This document shows positions 12,152 through 23,500 of a DNA stretch of 64,000 bases, one piece after another. Position 1 is the stretch's first letter. Every line of letters begins with the position of its first letter. This DNA is from Felis catus. Lineage: Eukaryota. The position numbers and the translations under genes are program-made. Location of the stretch: positions 12,092,001 through 12,156,000 of the forward strand of contig NC_058383.1 in the NCBI RefSeq assembly GCF_018350175.1, written 5' to 3'. Under the pieces are notes generated by a model that made no database searches, was not told where the DNA came from, and saw nothing but the letters and a program-made list of their open reading frames with translations.

Positions 12152-12534
12152 CCCTGTTCTTAAGTTTAAAAGTGACTGAGATAAACATATTTTATCTCTT
12201 TTTTCTAGAAGGCAACAAAGCTGCTTTGGGGGGGGGGGGGTGTACGTACATCTTCTCTTTGGGGGGAATCATGGTTCAGTGCTTCTGCTCTACAAAGACT
12301 TTCAGTTCAACGTGTGCTTGGGGCCACCTCTGCCTCCTAAGTCTGGGTCTCTAATTTTGGCCCTAACTCTCCCTCTCTGGATCAGCTCAGCCTGTCAAGC
12401 CTGGAAATCCTAAAAACCCTGTGATTAGTTGCATCACTTTTTACGGGAAAGGACAAGCAACTAACAGTTATCTTTTGGTAATTTGTCAACCTGAAAGACA
12501 GTGATTTTTCTCTCTTCCCGTATTTGATGTGTCT

Positions 12535-12640
12535 GCAGGTAAGAAAAGTGAAACCAAAAAATGCCATGATTTTCCCCAAATCACTCAGCCAGTTAATGGT
12601 AAAGCCAGGCTACTGCCTCTTTCTCCCGCGCTGGGACTCT
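12535..12640 (-). mobile_element. MIR fragment
   Basis: CAGGTAAGAAAAGTGAAACC...TTCCCCAAATCACTCAGCCAGTTAATGGTAAAGCCAGG. Confidence 0.6.
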
Positions 12641-12659
12641 GGCTGCCTGAGAGGTTCCC

Positions 12660-12995
12660 GCCTTACTGATCTCCCTGCTCCCGCTGCTAATAATCTAGTC
12701 TTGGAATCATGACCAGAGTGGTTCTTTTATACATAAATCTAACCATTTCTTTTCTTTCCTCAAAATCCTCCAACGGCTTCCCATGTCACTAGGAATGAAA
12801 GGTAAAATCTTTAGCCCGGTTTATGTCGCTCCCCTTTGTGATCTGAGCCTGCCTTTTCTCTTAGGTCTCGTCTCCTGCCCCTTTTCCCCTCTCACCCACC
12901 ATCTGACCCCTCCTGCCTACCTGCCTACCTGCCAATCACACACCAGGATGGTCCATGCCTTAGGGTTACTTGCCCGGTACCCTAGAAAGCACTCC
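12660..12995 (+). mobile_element. L2 fragment
   Basis: CCAGAGTGGTTCTTTTAT...CTCAAAATCCTCCAACGGCTTCCCAT...TGATCTGAGCCTGCC. Confidence 0.7.
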
Positions 12996-15282
12996 ACTTT
13001 GAGAACAAAGCTTTATTTTAAAGCCGGCCATCCCATCAGTATTTACCACAGGTAATAACGGAAATTAACCAAGATGTCCAGCATTAGAACCATACAACGG
13101 AGGAACACCAACGAGTCATTAAAGTTAATGTCATAAAAATACAGAAATAACTAAAGCAACGAACTTATCCTCAGAATTCTCACAATTTAGTGGATGATAG
13201 CTATTTTAATTCCCCAGAGAGTGCCCATCTGAACCCGCATGTTGTCTACTCTTCTCCTTTAGAATCTTTCACATACGAGTCACAGGTGTTGAAAATTCCC
13301 CATCTGGGAGTTCCAGCACCCTCGTGTCTGAGCCCGGTTCTGGAGGGTTGCTTCGTATTTTCAGACTGTGTTTTCTCTTCCCTTTTTATATGCCCCATAA
13401 CTGCGGAAGACCACGTATGTTAGGTGGGATCGTCAGTACTGAGAGAAATATTTTTCGTGCTTGGAGATGATGCCTTTCTATCTGCTAAGCTGTTAGCGTG
13501 GAGATTCTTGTTCGCCTAGTTAGGAGGGGGTTAGCTGAATGCCAACCCAGCTGGCCTGGGTTTTGGTCCTCGCTCTGGGTATGCTCAGCACGTCGGGAGT
13601 TTCGGATTCCTCTAGCAGCCTCCTGTGTATAGGATGTGGGTTAATCTGCCACATGATTTTTCCCTATGATCCCTATTTTTCCCTATGATTTTTCCTATGT
13701 AGCATGAAGTCACCCACTTGGCTTTGAGTCCCCCCCCACCTCCAGAGAGCGCTATAACATGAACTTGCCCATGTCTGCAGTTTCCAAGGATGCCTGACTC
13801 GCACACCAGCCTGCACTAACAAGTTTCGGCAATATGGAAACAGTCCCAGCCGAATCTGCTTACCCATTTATGAGACATCAAGTGACACGTGCCCAGGTAA
13901 CCCGAAGCTAAGACCCCATTCCTCCCTGCAAATACCCATCTCTCTCCTGCCATCTCTCTCCCACCTTTGCTGGGGTTTTTTGATGCACTCAAGAAAAGCA
14001 ATACATTTTCAACGTGTCTAGATTTCTTGCTTTGTTTTGTAAGGGTGGGGGCAATGCTCTTTCCAGCCGTCTGGCTCTCCGAGCGTGATTGCTGGTTTAT
14101 TTCATCAGAGCCTCCCTTCAGTTGTTCTCTCTCTGTGTCCAGGGATTTGGTTCAGTCAGCAAGGGATTCTGTGTTCCACGCTCCTCTGTTGCCAAAACTT
14201 TTGTTGGAATTCTGACCCGCCTCCCTCAAATAGCTAACCCCGTGTGATGGCAGGGTTTTGTTGGATGCTACCTGCTGTGAATATATCATAGATGTTGCTA
14301 GGGCAGAAACGCAATGCCTCGCTAGATGTCTCTGAGCATCTGAAATCGGCTCTTAAAATGTCAAACATCCCTTTGGTGCCCTTTTTGCTCCCATGTGCAA
14401 CATTACAATTTTGCTCTGAGGGACGTGGGGGGTAGGGCAGGAAATTGGTGCTATTCTTTATCCACAGAGGTCAACAGCGTTATTTATTAAACACCGACTA
14501 TGCAAGTAGGGTGGTTCCAAGCTCCGTGGAGGGCCATGGGGCATCAATCTTGTTCTTAAGCTTTGGAACAAGAAGAGGCAATAATCCAGATCTCTGGCTA
14601 GGTAAGTTCAAGTGCTTATGGAGGTAATTTTCGACTGCTAAGAGGGTCCCTAAACTTGCCAAGCTCGCAAGTAGGAAGACACTTAATCCTATAAATGAAG
14701 CCCAAGCCAGAGGCTCATTACCCACCAGTAGTCGATAGGCTGCCCCTTATTTGTTTCCGATACGTCCCCCGACTTCCCAGTTACTGACCCTATTGAACGG
14801 CAAGGACTTACTTGGCTTTCGGCATCCTTCGCTAGACATAACTTTGCCCCTTAGTTCTGCCTTTTTCTTCCAAGACAGGAACTGGCATCTGCACGTCTCC
14901 GGTGATGGCCTCCATACACCCATGCCATTATCGCTATAATCTCTGTTCCTCTTCCTTTTCCTGGTTGTATCATCCCAGTGCAGCTGGCTCTCACGAGGTA
15001 GCCACTTAAACGTCTCTCCACTGTACGTGGGCGGTTGGCACCACTGAAGCCCAAGACACCTCTTTTCTTGTGTCTCTTTCCCAAATGGCAGCCATAGAGT
15101 GACATTTCGTGGAGACCCGGGAAGCAAAGCAAGTGGAAGGGTTGAGGGCGGAGCCACAGATATCGATGACACAGAAATGAAACACTGTTGTAGAGGGATA
15201 GGAAAACCGATCGCAGGGGACCTGGGCTCCCGGGGCCGATCCTCTATTCCATGAGAACAAAGCCAGAGCCGGAAGAGAAATA

Positions 15283-15485
15283 GATGGTGAGAGGCATGGG
15301 ATTTGGAGTCGTGCCAACGTGGACTCTCACCCAGGCTCCACAGGCGTGCCCACACGGTGACCTCGAGCAAAAAGGCTCCACGCTTCTGTGCCTCGTCTTC
15401 ATGCGCCTATGTGAGGATTCCGTGATACGGTTCGTAGAAAGCGCTTGGCACATTATGATGCACGCTCAACAAATTCAAGCAGCTC
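15283..15485 (+). mobile_element. MIR (CpG-enriched copy)
   Basis: GGCATGGGATTTGGAGTC...GGTGACCTCGAGCAA...CTTCTGTGCCTCG...TGTGAGGATT...AAAGCGCTTGGCACA...CGCTCAACAAAT. Confidence 0.7.
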
Positions 15486-16980
15486 TTACAACCGATACCG
15501 TAAACGGGATTTGGCCCAAGTGGAACAGGCAGGAGCCCCGTTCCTAACACAGGCAAGCCACAGCTGGACAAGTAAGAGAAACACCACGAGACTCCTGTCC
15601 GGCTGGATGTTTCGTATGGACTCTGGCTGCACTCGGAGGTAGCCAACATGAGGCATCTCAGTAAGCTGCTGTTGTCCATTTCTGGTCCGTTTCCCTCTGC
15701 CCGGGCGGAAGGGAGAAGAGACGCTACCATTTCCTGAAACTTCCTATGTACACGCCACAGTTCCAGGTGCTTTTTCACTTTCCTTCTTCTTGGTTTACCA
15801 ACCACCTTTCGCTCTACGTGGCCCAACAGCCACAGCCATCAGGGGAGAGGCAGGAGCCCCGGTACCACACCCTTCCCTAAATATTCGGTCGCTCAAGCAG
15901 TCGCCACCGCTCCCAGACACGTTTTAATGTGAGAGCCTCGTAGTGTGGATGCAGACGTTCCCCCTCCGAGGGTTCCTGTAAGTCAGGCCATTCTGCCTCG
16001 GGCCATTGCTATGGAGGTCACCCACCAGCGTGATAAATAATCCGAACAAGCGTTCTCAGGTGCCATATTTATGGCCCAGTTTGTAGCCAAGAGCAGTCAG
16101 AGACAATGGCTAAAAACTAATTTATCATAATGTCACCCTGGATATACGGCAAATAGCCATAAACAAGTATGTAGACTATAATTAAAAATATGATAATGTT
16201 ATAAAATAGGACGATGGCTAGTTAGAGAAGAAGATCTATCCAGCAGGAACATGCGTATATCACTTGAAATATTGCCTCAATTACGTGAAGTCATCATCTC
16301 AGGCTGCCCATCTCAAAACAAAACACAAAACAAACAAACAAAAAACAAACCCGATCCTTACAAACGCAGACCTCAAATGACAAGAGCTGTCTATCCCCTT
16401 CCACCCTGGCCTCAGCACTTAGCACTAAGCTCACTTTTCCGTGCTGTGCTCAGGATGCTTCTCTCTCCCTTTTGTTCATGATCCGAAGCAACGTGAGGAA
16501 ACACTCCTACTGGACTGACTCAACATCTGGAACTCGCCATCATTTATTTCCGTCGTCTGCGATGCCCCAAAAGGTTTGCCTCGCCCTGGGTCTGCCAGTA
16601 AAGACCAGCCACCACTGGCCCACCTCGTTTGCTTCGTATGTGGAGCCTCCCGTCTTATACCCTGGTCTTCCTGAAGCGAACCCAGTTTCCTGCTAGTGTC
16701 CTTACTATGTGCCGATTCTGAATTAATATAAAAAGTATTTTCACTGTCCTCACCATGACTTACCTGGGATGTCCTGTCTCTCCCCATTCACTCATCCAAA
16801 TATTACCCACGCATCTTCCAATTCAAAATTTACCGCTTGCGCGAAGCTGCCTCACCTTTGTCTCCTCAACTAAGCTCTCGTTGTAACTACAGTAAGTAGC
16901 AACAAAATCTGAAATAAAACTTATAATTGCTTTCTATGTCCCCACAAGGTTTAGGATCTCTTAAGAGTATCTATCCTCTT

Positions 16981-17195
16981 GGGGCGCCTGGGCGGCTCAG
17001 TTGGCTGAGCGCCCGACTTTGGCTCAGGTAGGTCATGATCTCCTGGTTCATGGGTTCGAGCCCCGCGTCAGACTCTGTGCTGACAGCTTGGAGCCCGGAG
17101 CCTGCTTCGGATTCTGCGTCTCCCTCCCTCTACTCCTACCCCATTTGTGCTCTCTCTCTCTCCTGAAAATAAATAAATAAACATTAAAAAAAATA
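16981..17195 (+). mobile_element. CAN-SINE
   Basis: Full body with 4-bp internal duplication (AGGTAGGT); A-rich tail. Confidence 0.95.
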
Positions 17196-17219
17196 AATAA
17201 CATTTATCCCCTTTAATGC

Positions 17220-17851
17220 TGTTAAAAAAAAAAAACAACAAAACAAAACAAGACAACCAGTCCAAAATGGAGTCACTTATGCTAAGTACTGTGTCACCAA
17301 ACCGACTTACCCACAATTTCAGTTCTCCCAGGAATGGAATCTTAGATCAGTCTGTCAGGAATCACCTGATTAGCACCACGCAGATAATCTGCCCAATAGA
17401 TGATCCCCTAAAGGAACATGACCTTCCAATAACCACCTTTTCTCCTTGCTCCAGCTCCCTCCCGCCTATAAAAGTTTTTCATTTTGTACGGCTCCTTGGA
17501 ACACCTTTCCTACCCGCTAGATGGGATACGGCTTGATTCAAGTTGAGTCCCTTTTTGCTCACATAAACTCTTGAAAATCTGAATATGCCTCAGTTTATCT
17601 TTTTTTAATTTTTTTATTTTTTTTTCAACGTTTTTATTTATTTTTGGGACAGAGAGAGACAGAGCATGAATGGGGGAGGGGCAGAGAGAGAGGGAAACAC
17701 AGAATCGGAAACAGGCTCCAGGCTCCGAGCCATCAGCCCAGAGCCTGACGCGGGGCTCGAACTCCCGGACCGTGAGATCGTGACCTGGCTGAAGTCGGGC
17801 GCTTAACCGACTGCGCCACCCAGGCGCCCCGCCTCAGTTTATCTTTTAGCA
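17220..17851 (+). mobile_element. ERV1-class solo LTR (subfamily unresolved) with a SINE near its 3' end
   Basis: TG...CA termini (TGTTAAAA / TTTTAGCA), CCAAAATGGAGTCACTTATGCTAAG, CCAAT boxes, TATAAAA at 17467-17473, degenerate poly(A) signal ACATAAA. Confidence 0.7.
17604..17830 (-). mobile_element. Young feline CAN-SINE
   Basis: Perfect 17-bp TSD GCCTCAGTTTATCTTTT at 17587-17603 and 17831-17847. Confidence 0.97.
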
Positions 17852-17949
17852 GGACTTAACGTAACTAGAGGCCCAGAGTAGACACCCAATACCTTTTTTG
17901 ATTGGTTGGAAACTGGAAAGGATGTTTGACAATTATAGGATGGATATGT

Positions 17950-18620
17950 GGGGAGCATATATAAAAAGAACTTTTTAGCAATACATATCGGACAAAAAAA
18001 ATAAAAGAATCTATCAGGGTCCAATTCAGGGGCCACCAAGAACGGACATCCTGTTAACTAACCCCAGCTTTGGACTGAGGTCTGAAGTGTTCACCACTGG
18101 ACTAGAAAAGAAATGATTGATATGGAATCATGCAGCATTGATAAAAAGAACAGTAGCTAACACTCAGTGTGCCTGTGTGGACTTACCAGGCTTCAAAGGT
18201 AAAGAAAGAAGGCAAAAGCGAAGACAAGCAAAAAATAGCAAATTTCTTCTATGTAGAGAGAAAGAAAAACCCAAATGGCCTCCTATCGTTCTATACCAAG
18301 TTCATTACTAAAACCAAAGCAAAACAAGACAAAAACCACTTGAGCAATATCAACAGAGTGTAATTGAAGGAATTCATACCCAGCCAAGCTGTCACTCAAG
18401 TATAAAGCACGAACATCTTTGGTCTTCCAAGGCCTTATGTAATAACGTCCCCATGAACCTTTCTTAAATAAACCACCAAAGAATAAACTTAAGCCAAGAA
18501 GTGAACAATGATGAAAGGTTGGCCACGATACTAGAATGAAGCACTGAATCCAATTTGCCATGGGACCAAGTATAAAACATCTGAAAATGTTATAAACCAT
18601 GACAACTTAGAATTTTGTAT
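17950..18620 (+). mobile_element. Probable HAL1/old L1 ORF1 remnant
   Basis: GAATTCATACCCAGCCAAGCTGTCACTCAAGTATAAAG resembles the RI.YPAKLSF ORF1 motif; A-rich sense strand. Confidence 0.45.
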
Positions 18621-18624
18621 CATT

Positions 18625-19060
18625 GGGGCGCCTGGGTGGCTCAGTCTCTTAAGTGCCTGACTTGATTTCGGCTCAGGTCATGATCGCAGGGTTGTGGGAT
18701 CGGGCCCCACATTGGGCTCTGTGAGGGGCATGGATCCTCCTTAAGATTCTCTCTCTTTTGGGGCACCTGGGTGGCTCAGTCGGGTGAGCGTCCGACTTCG
18801 GCTCAGGTCAGGATCTCACGGTTTGTGAGTTCGAGCCCTGCGTCGGGCTCTTTGCTGACAGCTCAGAGCCTGAAGCCTGTTTCAGATTCTGTGTCTCCCT
18901 TTCTGCCCCTTCCCCACTCATGCTGTCTCTCAAAAATGAATAAACGTTAAAAAAAATAATTAAAAAAAAAAGATTCTCTCTCTTTCTCTCTCCCTCTCCC
19001 CTGCTCACTCACTCTGTCTCTAAAATAAAAACTTAAATTAAATTAAAATTAAAAAAATAA
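18625..19060 (+). mobile_element. Older CAN-SINE split by a nested SINE
   Basis: Head 18625-18759; (CT)n region and tail resume at 18970. Confidence 0.92.
18760..18969 (+). mobile_element. Feline CAN-SINE nested in another SINE
   Basis: TSD AAGATTCTCTCTCTTT at 18743-18758 and 18970-18985. Confidence 0.95.
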
Positions 19061-19436
19061 AAGAAATTAGGAAGACTTTCGTTTAAAACAAATAATAATG
19101 AAGGAAAAAAAATACAAATTCCATACCAGTCCTTTTAGGTTAAACTAAGGAAGGTTCCCCCCCCCCCCCCGCCGGTATTTCCCTTTTAGGATAAAGGAAG
19201 ATGTATTTAGATGAACAGAAGTTATATCTGCATATGTGATGCAAGGGACACAGGGAGGGTCAACTGTGTCTTCTATTCCAGTAGAGTTCTGAGACTGCTT
19301 CTCACTGGTTCTGCCCAAAGCTGGAGGGCAGAAATAGAAATTCCCTCACATGTCAACCTGTGGGCTAGGTGAGGTGTAGGAGAGAAGGTTCAGGTCTTCA
19401 GTGGGGGCTCAAAAAGAGATTAAAGACGCCAAAGAC

Positions 19437-19663
19437 GGGGGTGCCTCGGTGGCTCAGTTGGTTGAGCGTCTGGCGTTGGCTCAGGTCATGATCACAAGGT
19501 TCGTAAGTTCGAGCCCCACGTCGGGCTCTGTGCTGACAGCCCGGAGCCTGGAGCCTGCTTCCGATTCTGTGTCTCCCTCTCTCTCTGCCCGTCCCCTGCT
19601 TGCATTCTGTCTCTCTCTGTCTCTCAAAAATGAACAAACGTGAAAGAAAAAAATTAAAAACAA
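19437..19663 (+). mobile_element. CAN-SINE
   Basis: Full body; diverged TSD AAAGACGCCAAAG/AAAGATGCCCAAG. Confidence 0.95.
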
Positions 19664-20264
19664 AAAGATGCCCAAGTTGGAGGTGTAGCAAAATGAGGAA
19701 TGGAAGATTTAAAAGCTTTAGAGAAACTTCAAAGAAATGCAAACTATGGGAATAGCTTTGTACATAGTTTAAGCTGCAATTTAGGTTTTAATAACTCTGC
19801 ACCCTTTGCCTAAAACTTTCCCCCAGTGCAAAGGCCTGTCTAATCACCTTCTAGAAACATCCCACCTACACTTCCTGGCCCTTGATCAGCTTGATCGCAT
19901 GTGAGACCTGGGCTCTCTCCCTATGTTCCTGGGCATGATTCTGTCTCTATCCCACCCAAACTCAAGGGCCCCTTACCTTAAACACTTTCTTGACAATATA
20001 TTCTAATCCCTTAACCCTGCCTGCCTGCATCCCAGCAGCAGACAAGTGGTTTTAGAGAAAGAGGTACGGATGTTGACCATCCCCAGTGGGGAATGAGGGA
20101 CATAGCTGGACAGACACCGAGAAAGATGTCGAATGACATTCACACCTTGGCTGAGGTGGCAGGCAGCACGTTCTTAGACATCCGTCGATGGGGCTGTGTG
20201 CGAAAGCCATCTACACCGGGATCCTGCGGGCTCTCGGCATCCTAGCCCCCCTGGCTTTGCATTC

Positions 20265-20352
20265 TGGCTGTCACTTTCTGGCGAGGTGGACATTTGAGCA
20301 AGGCTTTGCTTCTCCTCCCTAATTTGTTCATCTCTAAAATGGGGGTCATCAT
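20265..20352 (+). mobile_element. MIR fragment
   Basis: TTTGAGCAAG...TTTGTTCATCTCTAAAATGGGGGT. Confidence 0.6.
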
Positions 20353-20800
20353 GAATAGGCCAAAGTCTTTTCATTTTGAAATACGCATTCTCCTTTGACC
20401 TTGAGTCCCTCTCCAGCTATATCCGATATCACTCCTTCTTTTTCCAAGGTCCAGTTTTTGAAATAGCACTTCACGCTTTCTGCTTCCATTTCCTTATCTC
20501 TCATTTACTCCACAAACAGCTACAACCTAAGGTCACTAATAGTCTGTTCAAATGCCCCTTTTTCTGTGCGACCTTCTCTAAATCCATCAATTTACAATAC
20601 CGACCTGCTCCAATAGAAAATAGCAATGCGTCCCCTCCCGGGCATTCCCGTGTCTTTTCCTTGATTTATTTGTCTCCATGGGACTTCTGCCAAAACACGC
20701 AATTCACTTCTCTTTTCTGACCACGTCCGCATCCTCCGGTGAGAGCTGGGATTTTTTGTTGCTTGGGTCCAAGCAAACATGTTAATATTTGTCAAGTGAT

Positions 20801-21017
20801 GGGCTGCCCGGGGGGGCTCCGTAGGTTAAGCGTCCGACTCTGGCTCAGGTCGTGATCTCAGTGTTCATGGTTTTGAGCCCCGCGTCGGGCTCTCGGCTGT
20901 CAGTGTGGAGCTCGCTTCAGATCCTCAGTCCCCCTCCTCTCTCTCTCCGCCCCTCCCTGGCTCACACATTCTCTCTCTCTCGCCCTCTCTCTCTCAAAAA
21001 TAAATAAACATGAAAAA
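20801..21017 (+). mobile_element. CAN-SINE
   Basis: Full body; TSD AATATTTGTCA(A/C)GTGA at 20784-20799 and 21018-21033. Confidence 0.93.
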
Positions 21018-21203
21018 AATATTTGTCACGTGAGTAAATAAGCAAGTGCTTATTCAGTCCTTAACTTACTGGACGTCTGAGACATCTGATGCTGGTTTTT
21101 GTTTCCTTTAGTGACTTCTTACTCTCTCGCCCCTTAGCTTCTGTGATAACTTCCCCTAGGTTCTCACCATCACATTGATGGCATCTTGCCCACAAGCTAG
21201 GCG

Positions 21204-21249
21204 GGGCCCTTCCTTCACCCACATGTGGGCCCTTCCTTCACCCACATGT
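21204..21249. repeat. Perfect 23-bp tandem duplication
   Basis: GGGCCCTTCCTTCACCCACATGT x2. Confidence 0.95.
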
Positions 21250-21339
21250 TAAGGATCAAGTGGATTGCAGGGTTCCATATTGGATCTTTCTCTTTCTTTC
21301 CTTAAGTTTGCTGATTTGCAAGGGACTCTTCCAGGAGCT

Positions 21340-21533
21340 TTGTGCGCACTACCACTTGTAATGTTCACAGCCGCCTGAGAAGTAGGTATGGACCGTCAAT
21401 ATCTCATGATCTAAGTGAGTAAGCTGAAACACAGAGAGGTTAATATCTTGCCCAAGGCCAAGAAGTGAGTTAAGTGGTAAAGCAAGAATCACTTCTGGTC
21501 AATGTGGGTTCAGGGACCCGGCAGCTCTTAGCC
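21340..21533 (-). mobile_element. MIR
   Basis: GCTGAAACACAGAGAGGTTAATATCTTGCCCAAGGCCA...TAAGTGGTAAAGC. Confidence 0.75.
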
Positions 21534-21832
21534 ATTTGGTAATACTGACTCTCCAGGTATACTCTGACTACTTCCATTTCTATATCTCCCATCTCGGACC
21601 ACCCCCTTGAATTCCAGACCACATACAGACCTCACCACACCCCAGGGGTTGCTGAAACTCAGTATCACAGCTGTTGAACTCATTGTCTTTCCCCCACACC
21701 AGATCCTAGGTCTCCCATCCTCATCAACAACCACCTCACCCATGCGGTTGAGCATTCGAATCACAATTCAGAAAATGAACCTGGAGCCTCTCCATTCCCT
21801 CATGCCCGTTCAATACAGCAACAATCAAGGTT

Positions 21833-21929
21833 GAATCCAAGTTTCCAGATGACAGCCAAGGGTCAACCTCCCAAGCAGGTCTTTCCGAGTTGAGCATTTA
21901 GGCCTATAATGTTAACTCTTTTCTGCACA
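21833..21929 (-). mobile_element. 5' end of MER68-like ERVL LTR
   Basis: Reverse complement reads TGTGCAGAAAAGAGTTAACATTATAGGCCT...CCTGCTTGGGAGGTTGACCCTTGGCTG...GGAAACTTGGATT, matching the recalled MER68 start. Confidence 0.65.
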
Positions 21930-22334
21930 CCAACTACATGAGGAAGGGCCAGGAGTGCAGTAAATTGAAGGGGGTGAGCAGGGAGGGAGGAAAGACAAGG
22001 AATATGCCTCTGTCAACACATCCAGATATTATCCTGCCAGACTTGTTACTCTTGGTTTATATACTCTTGGTTACTCTTGCTTATCTATAGATAAGCAAAC
22101 AGAAGCTAGGAGAAGTTCAAGAACTGCCTATAAAGCCGTGAACCTTAGTTTTCCATCTGGGCCTGTGTGAATCCAAAGTCCATATTCCTTCATATTCTCC
22201 CTTCCTGCCTCCATTTTGAGTCGGCCATTTTTACCCCTCCCCCCACCTCGTATACCCCTGTTTCATCCTGCGTTAACGGTATTATCTTGTTCTTCAATCA
22301 TCCTTTTATCTTTCAACTTTTACTATCCTTGTTA

Positions 22335-22556
22335 TTTTTATCAGTATTATTTTTCACATTTGAGTACAGCTGACACACAATGTTACATTAGCTTCAGGAA
22401 TACAGCACAGTGATTTGACAAGTCTGCACATTATGCTGTGCTCAAAAGTGTGGCTACCCTCTGTCACGACACAGCACAATCGCCACACCATTGACCTTAT
22501 TCCCTATGTTGTGCCTTTCATCCCCAGGACTTCGTCTTTCCATAAATGGAAGCCCG
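22335..22556 (-). mobile_element. L1 3' end (L1MA9/L1_Carn-type)
   Basis: TGAGTACAGCTGACACACAATGTTACATTAGCTTCAGG...TATTCCCTATGTTGTGCCTTTCATCCCC. Confidence 0.85.
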
Positions 22557-23305
22557 GTGAATCATTCTTTCAAATAACCTCCACTCTTGTTTCGTGAACA
22601 GCGGTGGAAAAGACACAAAGTTACTGGACTATTCTTTTGAGTCCTCTCCTTCCCACCCCAACCCTTGAGCTCTTTGAAGATGGAACTCTTCTGTTCTTCA
22701 TGCTCATCACGTAAGCGCGGTAAAACCTTGGTCTGTGAGCATGATTGATTCCAGAAACATGCTTGTAATCCAAAGAACTCATATATCACAGCGAATTTCG
22801 AGAACCATTGGCTCAGTTGTGATCATGTGACGTTCGGCATCACGTACGACCCGTATTGCAAGACACCCCTTGTTTATCGACTCGAGATGTATTAGAAATG
22901 TTTGCTCATCTTGCAGAAAACTCGCCGAATAAGTTACTTGCAATCCATGGTTTTTCTGTAAATGCATGCATTTGTGGAAGGGAAGGATTCGCGGTCAGAA
23001 GCACAGGGCATCTGAAAACACGGACACCACGGAGGAGCGCACCCGGACGTTTTCAAGGCTGGGCGACAGCTGGCGATGCCACCTTCTTCAGTCCTTTCAA
23101 CCCCGTCCAACTTTTCACGCATGGGGCTCAGCAAGACTGTCAATACGTCATCTATGTGTTGGAGACACCTGTTTTCCTTCAATGAGAAAACCATCCCAAA
23201 CCTGCACACATGGCGTCTGGTTACATCCAAGATAGGGGCCAAGGAGAAGAGAATCTGGCAAATACGCGAGAAGTATTTAAAACTCCCAGAAGTAGTGAGC
23301 TGCCA

Positions 23306-23500
23306 GGGGCGCCTGGGTGGCTCAGCTGTTTAAGCGTCTGACTCCTGATTTCTGCTCAGGTCATGATCACATTGTCTGTGAGATCGAGCCCCGCTTCGGG
23401 CTCTGTGCTGACATCACGGATCCTGCTTGGGATTCTCTCTCTCTGCTCCTCCCCCCGTCAAAATAATAAATGAACATTTGGAAAAATCATTAAAAAAAAA
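23306..23500 (+). mobile_element. CAN-SINE
   Basis: Full head and core; TSD AGTGAGCT(G/C)CCA. Confidence 0.92.

Larger units (their letters stand above)
20420..21820 (+). mobile_element. Fragmented L2 interrupted by SINE and MIR
   Basis: Pyrimidine-rich L2-like pieces (CTAAGGTCACTAATAG, CCCTTAGCTTCTGTGATAAC, TATATCTCC...TTGAATTCCAGACCACATA, TGAACTCATTGTCTTTCCCCC). Confidence 0.55.

Noticed and set aside
12533..12545. CAG|GTAAGA splice donor
   Set aside because: Falls at the variant CAGATGAGGAAA core of an antisense MIR, with no supporting exon.
14747..15370. Longest ORF (207 aa, minus strand)
   Set aside because: Non-ATG start inside a MIR, no recognisable domain, composition typical of chance ORFs.
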